A stretch of 55,433 nucleotides of DNA. It comes from Candidatus Saccharimonadales bacterium (GTDB lineage Bacteria > Patescibacteriota > Saccharimonadia > Saccharimonadales > UBA10212). The stretch spans positions 1 through 55,433 of the forward strand of contig DASSFC010000020.1 in the NCBI GenBank assembly GCA_035694865.1, in the 5' to 3' direction. Positions 45,590-53,817 of this stretch are shown piece by piece (position 1 is the first letter of the stretch; the number at the start of each line of letters is the position of its first letter). The notes beneath the pieces were generated by a model, which saw only the letters and a list, made by a program, of their open reading frames with translations, searched no databases and had not been told where the DNA came from. A program made the translations under genes and the position numbers.

Positions 45590-46045
45590 ATGACCGGTCT
45601 AAACCACGCGGTTACGGGGGCGCTGGTCGCAGCAGTGATTGATAAGCCGATTTTAGCTTTGCCGGCGGCATTGCTAAGCCATTTTGCGGCCGATGCTATA
45701 CCACATTGGAACTACGAACTTAAGCCGCATATCGCCCGCCGCCAGGTTGTCATACTTGCTGACTTGGTCTTAAGCTTGGCTCTGCTGCTGATACTTGCTT
45801 TGACCGTCGATGCTAGGCCATGGCTAATAATTGGTGGCGGATTGTTGGCTATATTGCCGGATACGATGTGGTTAAGATTTTTTATAACCGGCCGGCCGGC
45901 AATCCACGGCAGCCCCAAGCGGTTTATAAACCGGCTGCGCAAATTCCATTTCTGGATTCAGTGGAGCGAAACTAGCCGGGGACTGTTCATAGAAACATTA
46001 TGGTTTCCGCTGATGCTGCTGCTGATTTATCAAACCCATCAATAA
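45590..46045 (+). CDS. Membrane protein, possibly DUF457/YdjM-like metal-dependent hydrolase family
   Basis: Four TM helices with the His/Asp pattern NHAVTG...SHFAADAIPHW...ILPD. Placement between recA and recX. Confidence 0.4.
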   Translation: MTGLNHAVTGALVAAVIDKPILALPAALLSHFAADAIPHWNYELKPHIARRQVVILADLVLSLALLLILALTVDARPWLIIGGGLLAILPDTMWLRFFITGRPAIHGSPKRFINRLRKFHFWIQWSETSRGLFIETLWFPLMLLLIYQTHQ

Positions 46046-46049
46046 CCGT

Positions 46050-46661
46050 ATGAAAATCACCTCCATAAAACAGCAGGTCAAGAATCCTGAGAGAGCTAGC
46101 ATTTTTGTCGACGGCAACTACGAATTTTCGCTTAGCCTGGATGAGCTGGTTAAGTACAAGCTTAAGAACCATGATGAGATGGATAAGGCGGACATCAAGA
46201 AATTCAAGAAAATCTCTGCCGATGGCAAATTACGGGCCAGGGCGCTGGAATGGCTGATGAACCGGCCGCACTCCGAGCGCGAATTCCGGGACTATCTTTA
46301 CCGTAAAAAAGTTGAACCGGAGCAGATAGATGCGCTGGTAAGCGAATTCACTAAAAATAGCTACCTGGATAATCTCAAATTCGCGGCTTGGTTCACCGAG
46401 CTACAGGCCCGGCGGGGCAAAAGCGACCGGGCTATTAGGTCTGAGCTGTTCAAAAAGGGCATTAGCAGGGAAGTAGCAGACGAGGTCTTAGAAGAGGAAG
46501 CAGGGGACGAAGCTCAGCGGTTAAAGGCGATGATTGAAAAGAAACAAAAGCTCAGCCGCTATAAAGGTGACCCGGAAAAACTGGCAAAATACTTAACAAG
46601 TCAAGGATTTTCCTGGCAACTGGTCAAACAGGAATTATTTGCCAGGCGCGAAGATACTTAA
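46050..46661 (+). CDS. recX: RecA regulator RecX
   Basis: N-terminal IFVDGNYEFSLSLDELVKYKL followed by three helical repeats (ALEWLMNRPHSEREFRDYL...). Confidence 0.8.
   Translation: MKITSIKQQVKNPERASIFVDGNYEFSLSLDELVKYKLKNHDEMDKADIKKFKKISADGKLRARALEWLMNRPHSEREFRDYLYRKKVEPEQIDALVSEFTKNSYLDNLKFAAWFTELQARRGKSDRAIRSELFKKGISREVADEVLEEEAGDEAQRLKAMIEKKQKLSRYKGDPEKLAKYLTSQGFSWQLVKQELFARREDT
46587..46610. repeat. Palindrome motif copy, degenerate (AAATACTTAAC-AA-GTCAAGGATTT), 9/11 arms, inside recX
   Basis: It shares the 13-mer ATACTTAACAAGT with the copies at 46654 and 49209. Confidence 0.65.
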
Positions 46662-46675
46662 CAAGTTAAGTATCT
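46652..46675. repeat. Palindrome motif copy, perfect 11+2+11 (AGATACTTAAC-AA-GTTAAGTATCT)
   Basis: Read directly. It contains the recX TAA stop and overlaps the TAG stop of the convergent gene 46674..47198. Confidence 0.95.
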
Positions 46676-47198
46676 AGGCAGCAGCGATTGGCGCGTTGGC
46701 TAGCTCCTCAGCCCCGGCCATAATTTCTGTATCCCGAACCAGGATATACTTATCGGTTACTTCAAGGATTTGCTCACGGTCGATTATGAGTGTGTCCTCA
46801 GCAGTCAGTACTTTATGAAGCGGTTTGGCGACATACAGTTTTTGGACAAAGAGCCCGTCGTTATAGCTGAAGTCGCTGACTTTACCCAGTTTCTGGCGTT
46901 TTGTGCGGACCAGCTTGTCCATCAGTTCGAATTTTATATCCAGAATTTCTTTGTGGCGGACCAAATCCGCAGGGTCACTCAGGGCTTCCTCATTATTGAC
47001 CGCTAAGCCAGTCGGCATAGTTTCGCGGACGTCTTCGGCCAGCAGAACCTCACGCTTACCACCAGCTGCCGTACACCACCAGCCCAATATCTTCAAATTA
47101 TGCGGGTTAATCACTGGCTGCGCCGCAATGGCAATCTGTGTACCGGTACGCAGGCTCATAACCGGCCGGTTTCGTAGCGAACTGCTCAGCATCAACAT
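46674..47198 (-). CDS. Hypothetical protein, possibly PRC-barrel domain-containing
   Basis: Two repeats with a PRC-barrel-like pattern (RPVMSLRTGTQIAI... and KLGKVSDFSYND...). Weak call. Confidence 0.4.
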   Translation of the reverse strand: MLMLSSSLRNRPVMSLRTGTQIAIAAQPVINPHNLKILGWWCTAAGGKREVLLAEDVRETMPTGLAVNNEEALSDPADLVRHKEILDIKFELMDKLVRTKRQKLGKVSDFSYNDGLFVQKLYVAKPLHKVLTAEDTLIIDREQILEVTDKYILVRDTEIMAGAEELANAPIAAA

Positions 47199-47276
47199 AC
47201 TTTTCTTAGTATAAGCTTCGCCAAAATAATCCGCTACTGCTTGCGTTTACTGAAGATTAGCTGATAATTGGATTAA

Positions 47277-48647
47277 ATGAAAAAATATTTCATAGCTATA
47301 GTCCTTACGCTTAGTTTTGGATTCGCTATTTGGGGGTTTGGCGACTTGCGATTAGCAGAATCTGCTACTACCAGTCCGCAAATCATAATTGCCCAGATTA
47401 AAATCACCAGCAGTAATGGTCAGTTTATTACCCTGTACAATAATTCAAATTCTATCATCGACTTAAGCACCATCCAGCTCCAATACTTTAATAATTACGA
47501 CCTGCTCAAAGCTACCACCGGTAAACTTATCAGCCTGAGCGGCAAAGTACCACCGCACGGTTATGCCGTGATAGATGATGGACCAATCCAGGCCTGTTAC
47601 CAGATGACGGTTAATTCGGTTTCATTAGGGCTGTCTTCTACGGCCGGCTTTGTCCAGGTATCGCATTTCTTTGGCACCACTTCGCCGCAATTCATAAGCA
47701 CCTTAGATGATTATGTCGGCTGGAGCAAAACATCTGCCAGCGGCGCTCAGACTCTACCAGGCAGTACCAGTGCCTTTTTACAAAGGCAGGCTCCGGGCGG
47801 TGGCCAGGACTACTCAAAGATAGTTATTCCCGGCGCCGGGACCTGGACGTCTGTCAGCCAGCCGGACGGTTCCACGCCATGTGACGGTTCAACATCGGCC
47901 GGTGTTGCAGCCGGTGGTAATAAGCTGGCTACCAGCTCTGCACCGGTACCCTATTCGACCGCTGTGGTCGAAGCCGCCTCGACTTTCGCAATTCCGGATA
48001 GCGATGCCGGACTGGCGGCGCCGCAGATTTCAGAAGTACTGCCCAACCCGGCGCCGCCAGTTACCGATGCTGATGGCGAATTTATCGAGCTATACAATTC
48101 AAATAGCAGCCAATTTGATTTGAGCGGCTTTAGTCTGCAAACCGGAACCACTACATTTCATAAATACACTTTTCCTGATGGAACTTATATTGCGCCACAT
48201 CAATTCGTGGCATTTTACTCGGGTGACACTGGTCTTAGTCTCAGCAACAGCGACGGTCAGGTCAAGCTTCTCGAACCGGGCGGCAACGTCTTAGGTAAGA
48301 CCGATGAATATACCAATGCCAAAGATGGCTATGCCTGGGTGCCAGTTGATGGCCTGTGGCAATGGACCACCACAGCGACTCCAAATGCGGCTAACATCAT
48401 TACTACGCCACCGCTTGCTAAAAAATCAGCCAAAACTACAGCCACTTCTAAAAAGAAGTCATCGAATGGTGCAGTTGCCAGTTTATCCTCGTCTAATTAT
48501 CCGCCTAGCGGAACTGCTCCAGCTAACTTGCATCCGGCCATACTTGCCGGCATCGGCGGATTAGCCGTAGTATATGCCCTGTATGAGTACCGGCATGATT
48601 TGGCAAACCAGCTCTACAAGTTCCGCCGATACCGAGAGGCTCGGTGA
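47277..48647 (+). CDS. Surface protein with two lamin-tail (LTD) domains and a C-terminal TM anchor
   Basis: Signal/anchor at the N-terminus, LTD signatures IAQIKITSSNGQFITLYN and ISEVLPNPAPPVTDADGEFIELYN, and a C-terminal hydrophobic helix followed by a basic tail. Confidence 0.65.
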   Translation: MKKYFIAIVLTLSFGFAIWGFGDLRLAESATTSPQIIIAQIKITSSNGQFITLYNNSNSIIDLSTIQLQYFNNYDLLKATTGKLISLSGKVPPHGYAVIDDGPIQACYQMTVNSVSLGLSSTAGFVQVSHFFGTTSPQFISTLDDYVGWSKTSASGAQTLPGSTSAFLQRQAPGGGQDYSKIVIPGAGTWTSVSQPDGSTPCDGSTSAGVAAGGNKLATSSAPVPYSTAVVEAASTFAIPDSDAGLAAPQISEVLPNPAPPVTDADGEFIELYNSNSSQFDLSGFSLQTGTTTFHKYTFPDGTYIAPHQFVAFYSGDTGLSLSNSDGQVKLLEPGGNVLGKTDEYTNAKDGYAWVPVDGLWQWTTTATPNAANIITTPPLAKKSAKTTATSKKKSSNGAVASLSSSNYPPSGTAPANLHPAILAGIGGLAVVYALYEYRHDLANQLYKFRRYREAR

Positions 48648-49077
48648 GCTGCTGGGTAGCCAGCTGAAGGGTGGCGATATAATCGAACTGCGCTCCGATT
48701 TGGGCGGCGGCAAGACTACCTTTGTCCGCGGTCTGGCCAAAGGTGCCGGCAGCCAAGATAGGGTCTCCAGCCCGACCTTCACGCTCAGCCGCGTTTATAA
48801 AACCAAAGATTTTGAAATTTACCACTTTGATTTTTATAGGCTCGATGACCCGGGCATATTAAAGGATCAACTGGCCGAAGCGGTTCAGGCTAAAAGCGTA
48901 GTTGTGGTCGAATGGGCAGGGATTGTTAAGGATGTTTTGCCGAAAGAACGAATCACAATCGAATTCAAGCCAACTGCCAACAGCCCGGATGAGCGTGAAG
49001 TAGCGTTTACATACTCCGCAAACTACCGGCCGGCGATAGTTTTTGCCGAAAGTAATTACGGGGACGAGCGGCCATGA
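48574..49077 (+). CDS. tsaE: tRNA t6A37 biosynthesis ATPase TsaE
   Basis: The SDLGGGKTTFVRGL P-loop and YHFDFYRL motif. The start is uncertain (ATG at 48574, 48583 or 48595), and every option overlaps the LTD gene end. Confidence 0.8.
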   Translation: MPCMSTGMIWQTSSTSSADTERLGELLGSQLKGGDIIELRSDLGGGKTTFVRGLAKGAGSQDRVSSPTFTLSRVYKTKDFEIYHFDFYRLDDPGILKDQLAEAVQAKSVVVVEWAGIVKDVLPKERITIEFKPTANSPDEREVAFTYSANYRPAIVFAESNYGDERP

Positions 49078-49466
49078 AAATATTGGCATTACGAACGGAT
49101 AAACCAGAAGCTGAACTCTATATTTTCGACAATCAGAAGAAGCTAACCGAAATAAAATGGGAGGCCCATCGCCAATTAGCGGAGACCCTCAATTCAAAAA
49201 CGGATGAAATACTTAACAAGTCAAGTATTTCTTATAAAGATCTTGACGGTATAGCGATTTTTAAAGGGCCGGGCAGTTTTACCGGTCTTAGGATTGGTCT
49301 GAGCGTGGCAAATGCCCTGGCCTTCGGCCTGGGCGTGCCAATCGTCGCCTCCAGCGGCGACGATTGGCTTAATGACGCAATCAAGAAACTAGAGGCCCAC
49401 CAAAATGACAAAATCACCACACCAGAATATGGTTCGCCTGTGCACGTAACCAGACCAAAAAAATAA
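49074..49466 (+). CDS. tsaB: TsaB-like protein, N-terminal domain only (130 aa)
   Basis: ILALRTD...GIAIFKGPGSFTGLRIGLSVANALAFGLGVPIV. ATGA overlap with tsaE. Confidence 0.75.
   Translation: MKILALRTDKPEAELYIFDNQKKLTEIKWEAHRQLAETLNSKTDEILNKSSISYKDLDGIAIFKGPGSFTGLRIGLSVANALAFGLGVPIVASSGDDWLNDAIKKLEAHQNDKITTPEYGSPVHVTRPKK
49206..49231. repeat. Palindrome motif copy (GAAATACTTAAC-AA-GTCAAGTATTTC), 11/12 arms, inside tsaB
   Basis: Read directly; it encodes EILNKSSIS. Confidence 0.85.
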
Positions 49467-49649
49467 CTGGCTGACAAGCCGGTGTGATATATTTTATATA
49501 GGATTTTCTGTTCGTTTTTTTAAGATAAATCCACATTAATTTTACTAATATCTGAAAACCGAAAACTGCCAATTTAACGGACTAAAGAAGTGATAGTGAT
49601 CGTCAGTTAAAACCGGCAGCCCCTGCGGTCTTCTTTTGGAGGAGGAGAC

Positions 49650-51167
49650 ATGGAAATAGTACTACCTATTGTACTGGCAATAGTCGGCCTTGGCGTGGGC
49701 GGAGGCGGCACGTATGCCTACACCCGCCGTACCGGCGGTAAAGCTGCCGAAGACGCCAAAAAAGAATTAGCCAAAGCAAGAAAAGACGCGGCTGAAACAA
49801 TTCGTAAAGCTGAGGAAGACGCCGCCAAGCGGATTGAAGAGGTCCGCAAGGACGAACAAAAACGCCGCAACGAACTTAAAGAAGTCGAACAGCGTCTGCT
49901 TAACCGAGAGGAAAGTCTTGATAAAAAACTAGACGAGCTGGACAAGCGGGCTGAAGGCCTGCGTAAGTCCGAAGGTGAGGTCGAGGACCTAAAAAATGAA
50001 ATCAGGGACATCCGCAGCAAACAACAGGACAAACTTGAAAAAATCGCTAAGCTTACCAAAACCGCCGCCGCCGAAAAACTGATGCAAATGACCGAGCGTG
50101 ACATTAAAAATGACCTGCTTGGCTTGGTAAGTAAGATTCAAAACGACGCTAAAGAAAACGCCGAAGAACAGGCCGCCACGATTTTGGTAACCACAATGGA
50201 GCGGATGGCCAGCGAAGTCACAGCCGAACGCACTGTCACTGCGGTGAAATTAGAAGACGAAGAAATGAAAGGCCGGATAATTGGGAAAGAAGGCCGCAAT
50301 ATCCAGGCCCTGCAGCGGGCTACAGGAGTAGATATATTAGTCGACGAAACGCCCGGCATGATAGTTATGTCGAGCTTCGACCCGGTCCGCCGTGAAGTCG
50401 CCCGCCAAACCATGGAGATGTTACTAAAAGATGGCAGAGTCCACCCGGGAAGAATCGAGGAAGTAGTTGAAAAAGCTCAAAAACAGGTCCAGAAAGATGT
50501 CATCCGGGCCGGCGAAGATGCCGCCCGCGAAGTCGGGCTGGTTGGAATCCCCAAAGAAATCCTCCAGCTTATGGGTGAGCTAAAATACCGCACCAGCTAT
50601 GGCCAGAACGTACTTAAACACTCAATCGAGATGGCCCAGCTGGCCGGCGTGCTGGCCGAAGAGCTCGGTGCTAATGTAAAGACCACAAAATATGCCGCAC
50701 TTACTCACGACATGGGCAAGGCTCTCAGCCACAAAGTAGAGGGTAAGCACCATCACATTACAGGTGAAATGCTGCGTAAATATGGCGCTCCTGAGGAAGT
50801 CGCCCAGGCGGCCGAACAGCACCACGATGACATGGACGCTACCAGCTTAGAGGCACTAATCGTCCGGGTGGTCGATGCCATAAGCAGTGCCCGGCCGGGC
50901 GCCCGCAATATCAGTGCGGAAAACTTTGCCGAGCGCATGAAAGACCTTGAAAACACAGCACTTGGTTTCGATGGTATCGAAAAGGCTTACGCCATCAGCG
51001 CCGGCCGTGAGGTCCGGGTGTTTGTGCAGCCTAAATCTATCGACGACCTGCAGGCTATCCGTTTGGCCCGCGATATTGCTAATAAAATCGAGTCGACCAT
51101 GCAATACCCGGGGACTATCAAAGTCAACGTCATCCGCGAAACCCGGGCTGTCGAATTCGCCAAGTAA
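49650..51167 (+). CDS. rny: Ribonuclease Y
   Basis: N-terminal TM, a long coiled coil, the KH domain (GRIIGKEGRNIQAL), and the HD domain (HSIEMA...HDMGK). Confidence 0.95.
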   Translation: MEIVLPIVLAIVGLGVGGGGTYAYTRRTGGKAAEDAKKELAKARKDAAETIRKAEEDAAKRIEEVRKDEQKRRNELKEVEQRLLNREESLDKKLDELDKRAEGLRKSEGEVEDLKNEIRDIRSKQQDKLEKIAKLTKTAAAEKLMQMTERDIKNDLLGLVSKIQNDAKENAEEQAATILVTTMERMASEVTAERTVTAVKLEDEEMKGRIIGKEGRNIQALQRATGVDILVDETPGMIVMSSFDPVRREVARQTMEMLLKDGRVHPGRIEEVVEKAQKQVQKDVIRAGEDAAREVGLVGIPKEILQLMGELKYRTSYGQNVLKHSIEMAQLAGVLAEELGANVKTTKYAALTHDMGKALSHKVEGKHHHITGEMLRKYGAPEEVAQAAEQHHDDMDATSLEALIVRVVDAISSARPGARNISAENFAERMKDLENTALGFDGIEKAYAISAGREVRVFVQPKSIDDLQAIRLARDIANKIESTMQYPGTIKVNVIRETRAVEFAK

Positions 51168-51195
51168 AAATACTCGGCTGACCGGGTATTTATTG

Positions 51196-51272
51196 TGGTC
51201 GGGGTGAAAGGACTCGAACCTTCGACCTCCGCGTCCCAAACGCGGCGCGCTAGCCAACTGCGCCACACCCCG
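51196..51272 (-). tRNA. tRNA-Pro (TGG), CCA encoded
   Basis: CGGGGTG acceptor and anticodon arm CCGCG-TTTGGGA-CGCGG. Confidence 0.93.
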
Positions 51273-51276
51273 TTAC

Positions 51277-51292
51277 AACAGAGGTAATTATA
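51277..51292 (-). promoter_or_regulatory. Conserved tRNA promoter block TATAAT-TACCTCTGTT
   Basis: The -10 box lies 14 nt upstream of the tRNA-Pro(TGG) 5' end. Confidence 0.6.
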
Positions 51293-51397
51293 TAGCTTCG
51301 CACCTGGAAAGTCTTCATTCTTTTATTGAAGGACTTTCTTGGGCTCATCATATAATTCTCGCTAAACGCTCGAATTATAACAAAAAACAGGTAATAA

Positions 51398-52357
51398 TTA
51401 CTTTTGGTCTTTAAACCCGACGCTGATTTTCTCGGGTATAACTGAACGTTCACGTTTGGCCTGGCCTTTTAAGGCCTGGCGGTCGGCCGCGGTTAGGTTG
51501 GCTTTATCCAGACTGCGCGGCCAAAGCCGCTCATCATAAACTGCGCCAACCACAGCTGCGTACATAACTAGCCGGGCTTCAAGATATATCCAAAACAGCA
51601 ATCCTAAAGTAGCTGCGAAAGTTCCATATAGATGCTTTAATTTGCCCAGTTCGTGGGTTACAAGATAGCCGCCAAAGATCTGTAGGATTTGCACGCCGAT
51701 GGCGGCAGTTAAAGCGGTCCGGAATAAAGCGCCGTGGCTGGCTTGGGCAGCACCTGCAAGGCCTATCCTAAAGATAGTCCAAAAAACCAAATACAAAACC
51801 AAAATGCTGACCAGACTGGCGATTATCCTGAAAGCCCAGGTGTGGTCGATGCCGGCCGCCAGACCAGATAAGAGTGAGGCTGCCACAAGGCCGATTCCGC
51901 CCAATATAATTACTGCCAGGCTTTTAAGTAAGCCGCTTGGGAAACCCGGCCGTTTGATTCTGGGGACATGCCAGATATGGTTGAGGCTGTATTGAAAAAC
52001 GTCGGCGACGCCCTTTGCGCCCCAAAGTGTCAGCAACAGGCCGATGACTAAAGCAACGCCGGCACCGTGGGCAGTATGGACATTACTTTGCAGCTGCTCG
52101 CCCAGCACCGGGAAATACTGAGTAGCGTGCCCGATCACATCGCTTCTGATGTTTGGATGAGAATGCAGGATTATTTGTAAAACTGAAGTAGCAACCAGCA
52201 GCAAAGGGAAAAGTGATAAAAATCCATAATAAGTCAGTAAGGCTGCCTGGTAACCCCCATTGTCTTCGCCGTACTTTTTAATAACAGCGTACGGAAAAGC
52301 CAGAAACTTATGGCATTGCTGAAATCGGTCAGCACTGTTTACTAGACGATTTAAAAT
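51398..52357 (-). CDS. YihY/BrkB family membrane protein
   Basis: The AALLTYYGFLSLFPLLLV core and six TM helices. The track ORF's N-terminal 62 codons run through tRNA-Pro(CGG) and are rejected. No ATG, GTG or TTG is available, so the start is tentatively ATT at 52357, 6 nt after GGGAGA. Confidence 0.65.
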   Translation of the reverse strand: MLNRLVNSADRFQQCHKFLAFPYAVIKKYGEDNGGYQAALLTYYGFLSLFPLLLVATSVLQIILHSHPNIRSDVIGHATQYFPVLGEQLQSNVHTAHGAGVALVIGLLLTLWGAKGVADVFQYSLNHIWHVPRIKRPGFPSGLLKSLAVIILGGIGLVAASLLSGLAAGIDHTWAFRIIASLVSILVLYLVFWTIFRIGLAGAAQASHGALFRTALTAAIGVQILQIFGGYLVTHELGKLKHLYGTFAATLGLLFWIYLEARLVMYAAVVGAVYDERLWPRSLDKANLTAADRQALKGQAKRERSVIPEKISVGFKDQK

Positions 52358-52401
52358 GATAAATCTCCCATTTGCAGGAATTATATCAGTAACATATAAA
52401 C

Positions 52402-52478
52402 TGGTCGGGGTGAGAGGACTTGAACCTCCGACCTCAGCGTCCCGAACGCTGCGCGCTAGCCAACTGCGCCACACCCCG
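52402..52478 (-). tRNA. tRNA-Pro (CGG), CCA encoded
   Basis: Same acceptor and D arm as the TGG isoacceptor; anticodon arm CAGCG-TTCGGGA-CGCTG. Confidence 0.93.
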
Positions 52479-52483
52479 AAATT

Positions 52484-52499
52484 AACAGGGGTAATTATA
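52484..52499 (-). promoter_or_regulatory. Conserved tRNA promoter block TGT-TATAAT-TACCCCTGTT
   Basis: An extended -10, 15 nt upstream of the tRNA-Pro(CGG) 5' end. Confidence 0.6.
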
Positions 52500-52551
52500 A
52501 CAGAGTTATTAATAGCATCACAGCGACTAAAAGTGGAGTACAATTTAGGTA

Positions 52552-53202
52552 ATGCTTAACTTTGCCGCCTGCGTCATTGGCATATTCGGCCTCCTGATAA
52601 TCGCTGAACTGCTTGGTCGATATCGAATCCTAAAAGGTGAATATCATCGTAAGTTCTTACACATAACCGCCGGCAGCTTCATTGCTTTTTGGCCCTGGCT
52701 GGTGTCATGGCGGTCGATTGAAATCTTCGGCATAGTGGCGCTGGTAATTATGTTAGCCAATCGTTACGTGGACTTCTTAAACTACCGCGGCAGGATAGGC
52801 CGGGCGACATATGGCGATATTTTTCTGGCCCTGGCGATATTTTTAGCCGCCCGGATTACTCACAATAAGATTTTCTTTATGCTGGCTATATTAGAAGTAG
52901 CCTTGGCGGATGGGTTAGCAGCTGTGGCCGGCCGGGCTTATGAAAAGAACTGGGCTTATAAGATTTTTAAGCATAAAAAGACTGTTATTGGCTCAATGGT
53001 TTTTTGGCTGGCGTCGGTATGTATACTGGGTGCCGGTCTGTTACCGGCCCACGGACAAATAACTTTTAGGGATTACTTTTTGGTCTTGCTATTATTACCG
53101 CCTGCTCTGACGATAGTAGAGAACCTATCATTGCTTGGCCTGGATAATTTGTTTCTGGCTCTTTTGACTATAGCCGTTTTAAGATCACTCCAGCTTTATT
53201 AG
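52552..53202 (+). CDS. CTP-dependent polyprenol/dolichol kinase-like (CdsA superfamily) membrane protein
   Basis: HRKFLHITAG, ALADGLAAVAGRAY and KKTVIGSMVFW motifs; six to seven TM helices. Confidence 0.5.
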   Translation: MLNFAACVIGIFGLLIIAELLGRYRILKGEYHRKFLHITAGSFIAFWPWLVSWRSIEIFGIVALVIMLANRYVDFLNYRGRIGRATYGDIFLALAIFLAARITHNKIFFMLAILEVALADGLAAVAGRAYEKNWAYKIFKHKKTVIGSMVFWLASVCILGAGLLPAHGQITFRDYFLVLLLLPPALTIVENLSLLGLDNLFLALLTIAVLRSLQLY

Positions 53203-53729
53203 CTGGAACCGATAAGTATACCGGCTGCAAAAACAAGGCCGCCGCCGACAACCACCTGTAAGACAGACAACCAAAATTTCATATTGAAGAAGGTATAGCG
53301 TATATAAGCAATGGCCATCAATTCAATACCTACAACCAGATAGGCGATAACCAGCGCGTGGTTAATGTTGCTGAATAAAAACGGCAGGGTATGAAAAATG
53401 CCGCCGATAAAAGTCATTAATCCGATAATTAAACCCCTTCTAAACGGGGCGCCGCGGCCTGTTAATTTGCCGTCATCACTTAAGGCTTCGGCAAAAGCCA
53501 TGCTTATACCGGCGCCGACGGCCGCGGCGATACCGGTTACAAAGGCGAAATGGGGTTTATGCGTAGCGAAAGCCACCGCGAAAATAGGCGCCAGGGTACT
53601 GACCGAGCCATCCATGAGTCCGGCTAAAGCCGGCTGTACAGTTTGGAGCACAAACTGGTTGTGAGCCTCGACACTCCTATGGCGCTCTTTGCCTAGAGTC
53701 CAGGAAAATGGATTGATACTTCTTGACAT
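53199..53729 (-). CDS. VIT1/CCC1 family iron/manganese transporter
   Basis: GLMDGSVSTLAPIFAVA and AFAEALSD motifs. I chose the internal ATG because the longer ORF overlaps tRNA-His. Confidence 0.75.
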   Translation of the reverse strand: MSRSINPFSWTLGKERHRSVEAHNQFVLQTVQPALAGLMDGSVSTLAPIFAVAFATHKPHFAFVTGIAAAVGAGISMAFAEALSDDGKLTGRGAPFRRGLIIGLMTFIGGIFHTLPFLFSNINHALVIAYLVVGIELMAIAYIRYTFFNMKFWLSVLQVVVGGGLVFAAGILIGSS

Positions 53730-53737
53730 AACTATAA

Positions 53738-53815
53738 TGGGGCGAATGATGGGTCTCGAACCCACGGCCTCCAGTGCCACAAACTGGCGCTCTAACCAAC
53801 TGAGCTACATTCGCC
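53738..53815 (-). tRNA. tRNA-His (GTG) with encoded G-1 and CCA
   Basis: An extra 5' G opposite discriminator C73. Anticodon arm CCAGT-TTGTGGC-ACTGG. Confidence 0.92.
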
Positions 53816-53817
53816 TT

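Noticed and set aside
46587-46675. The recurrent palindrome as a LexA/SOS box, given the copies near recA-recX.
   Set aside because: None of the copies lies upstream of recA or in any promoter-proximal position. The copies fall inside dus, tilS, tsaB and recX and at the 3' ends of genes. The motif does not resemble known LexA boxes.
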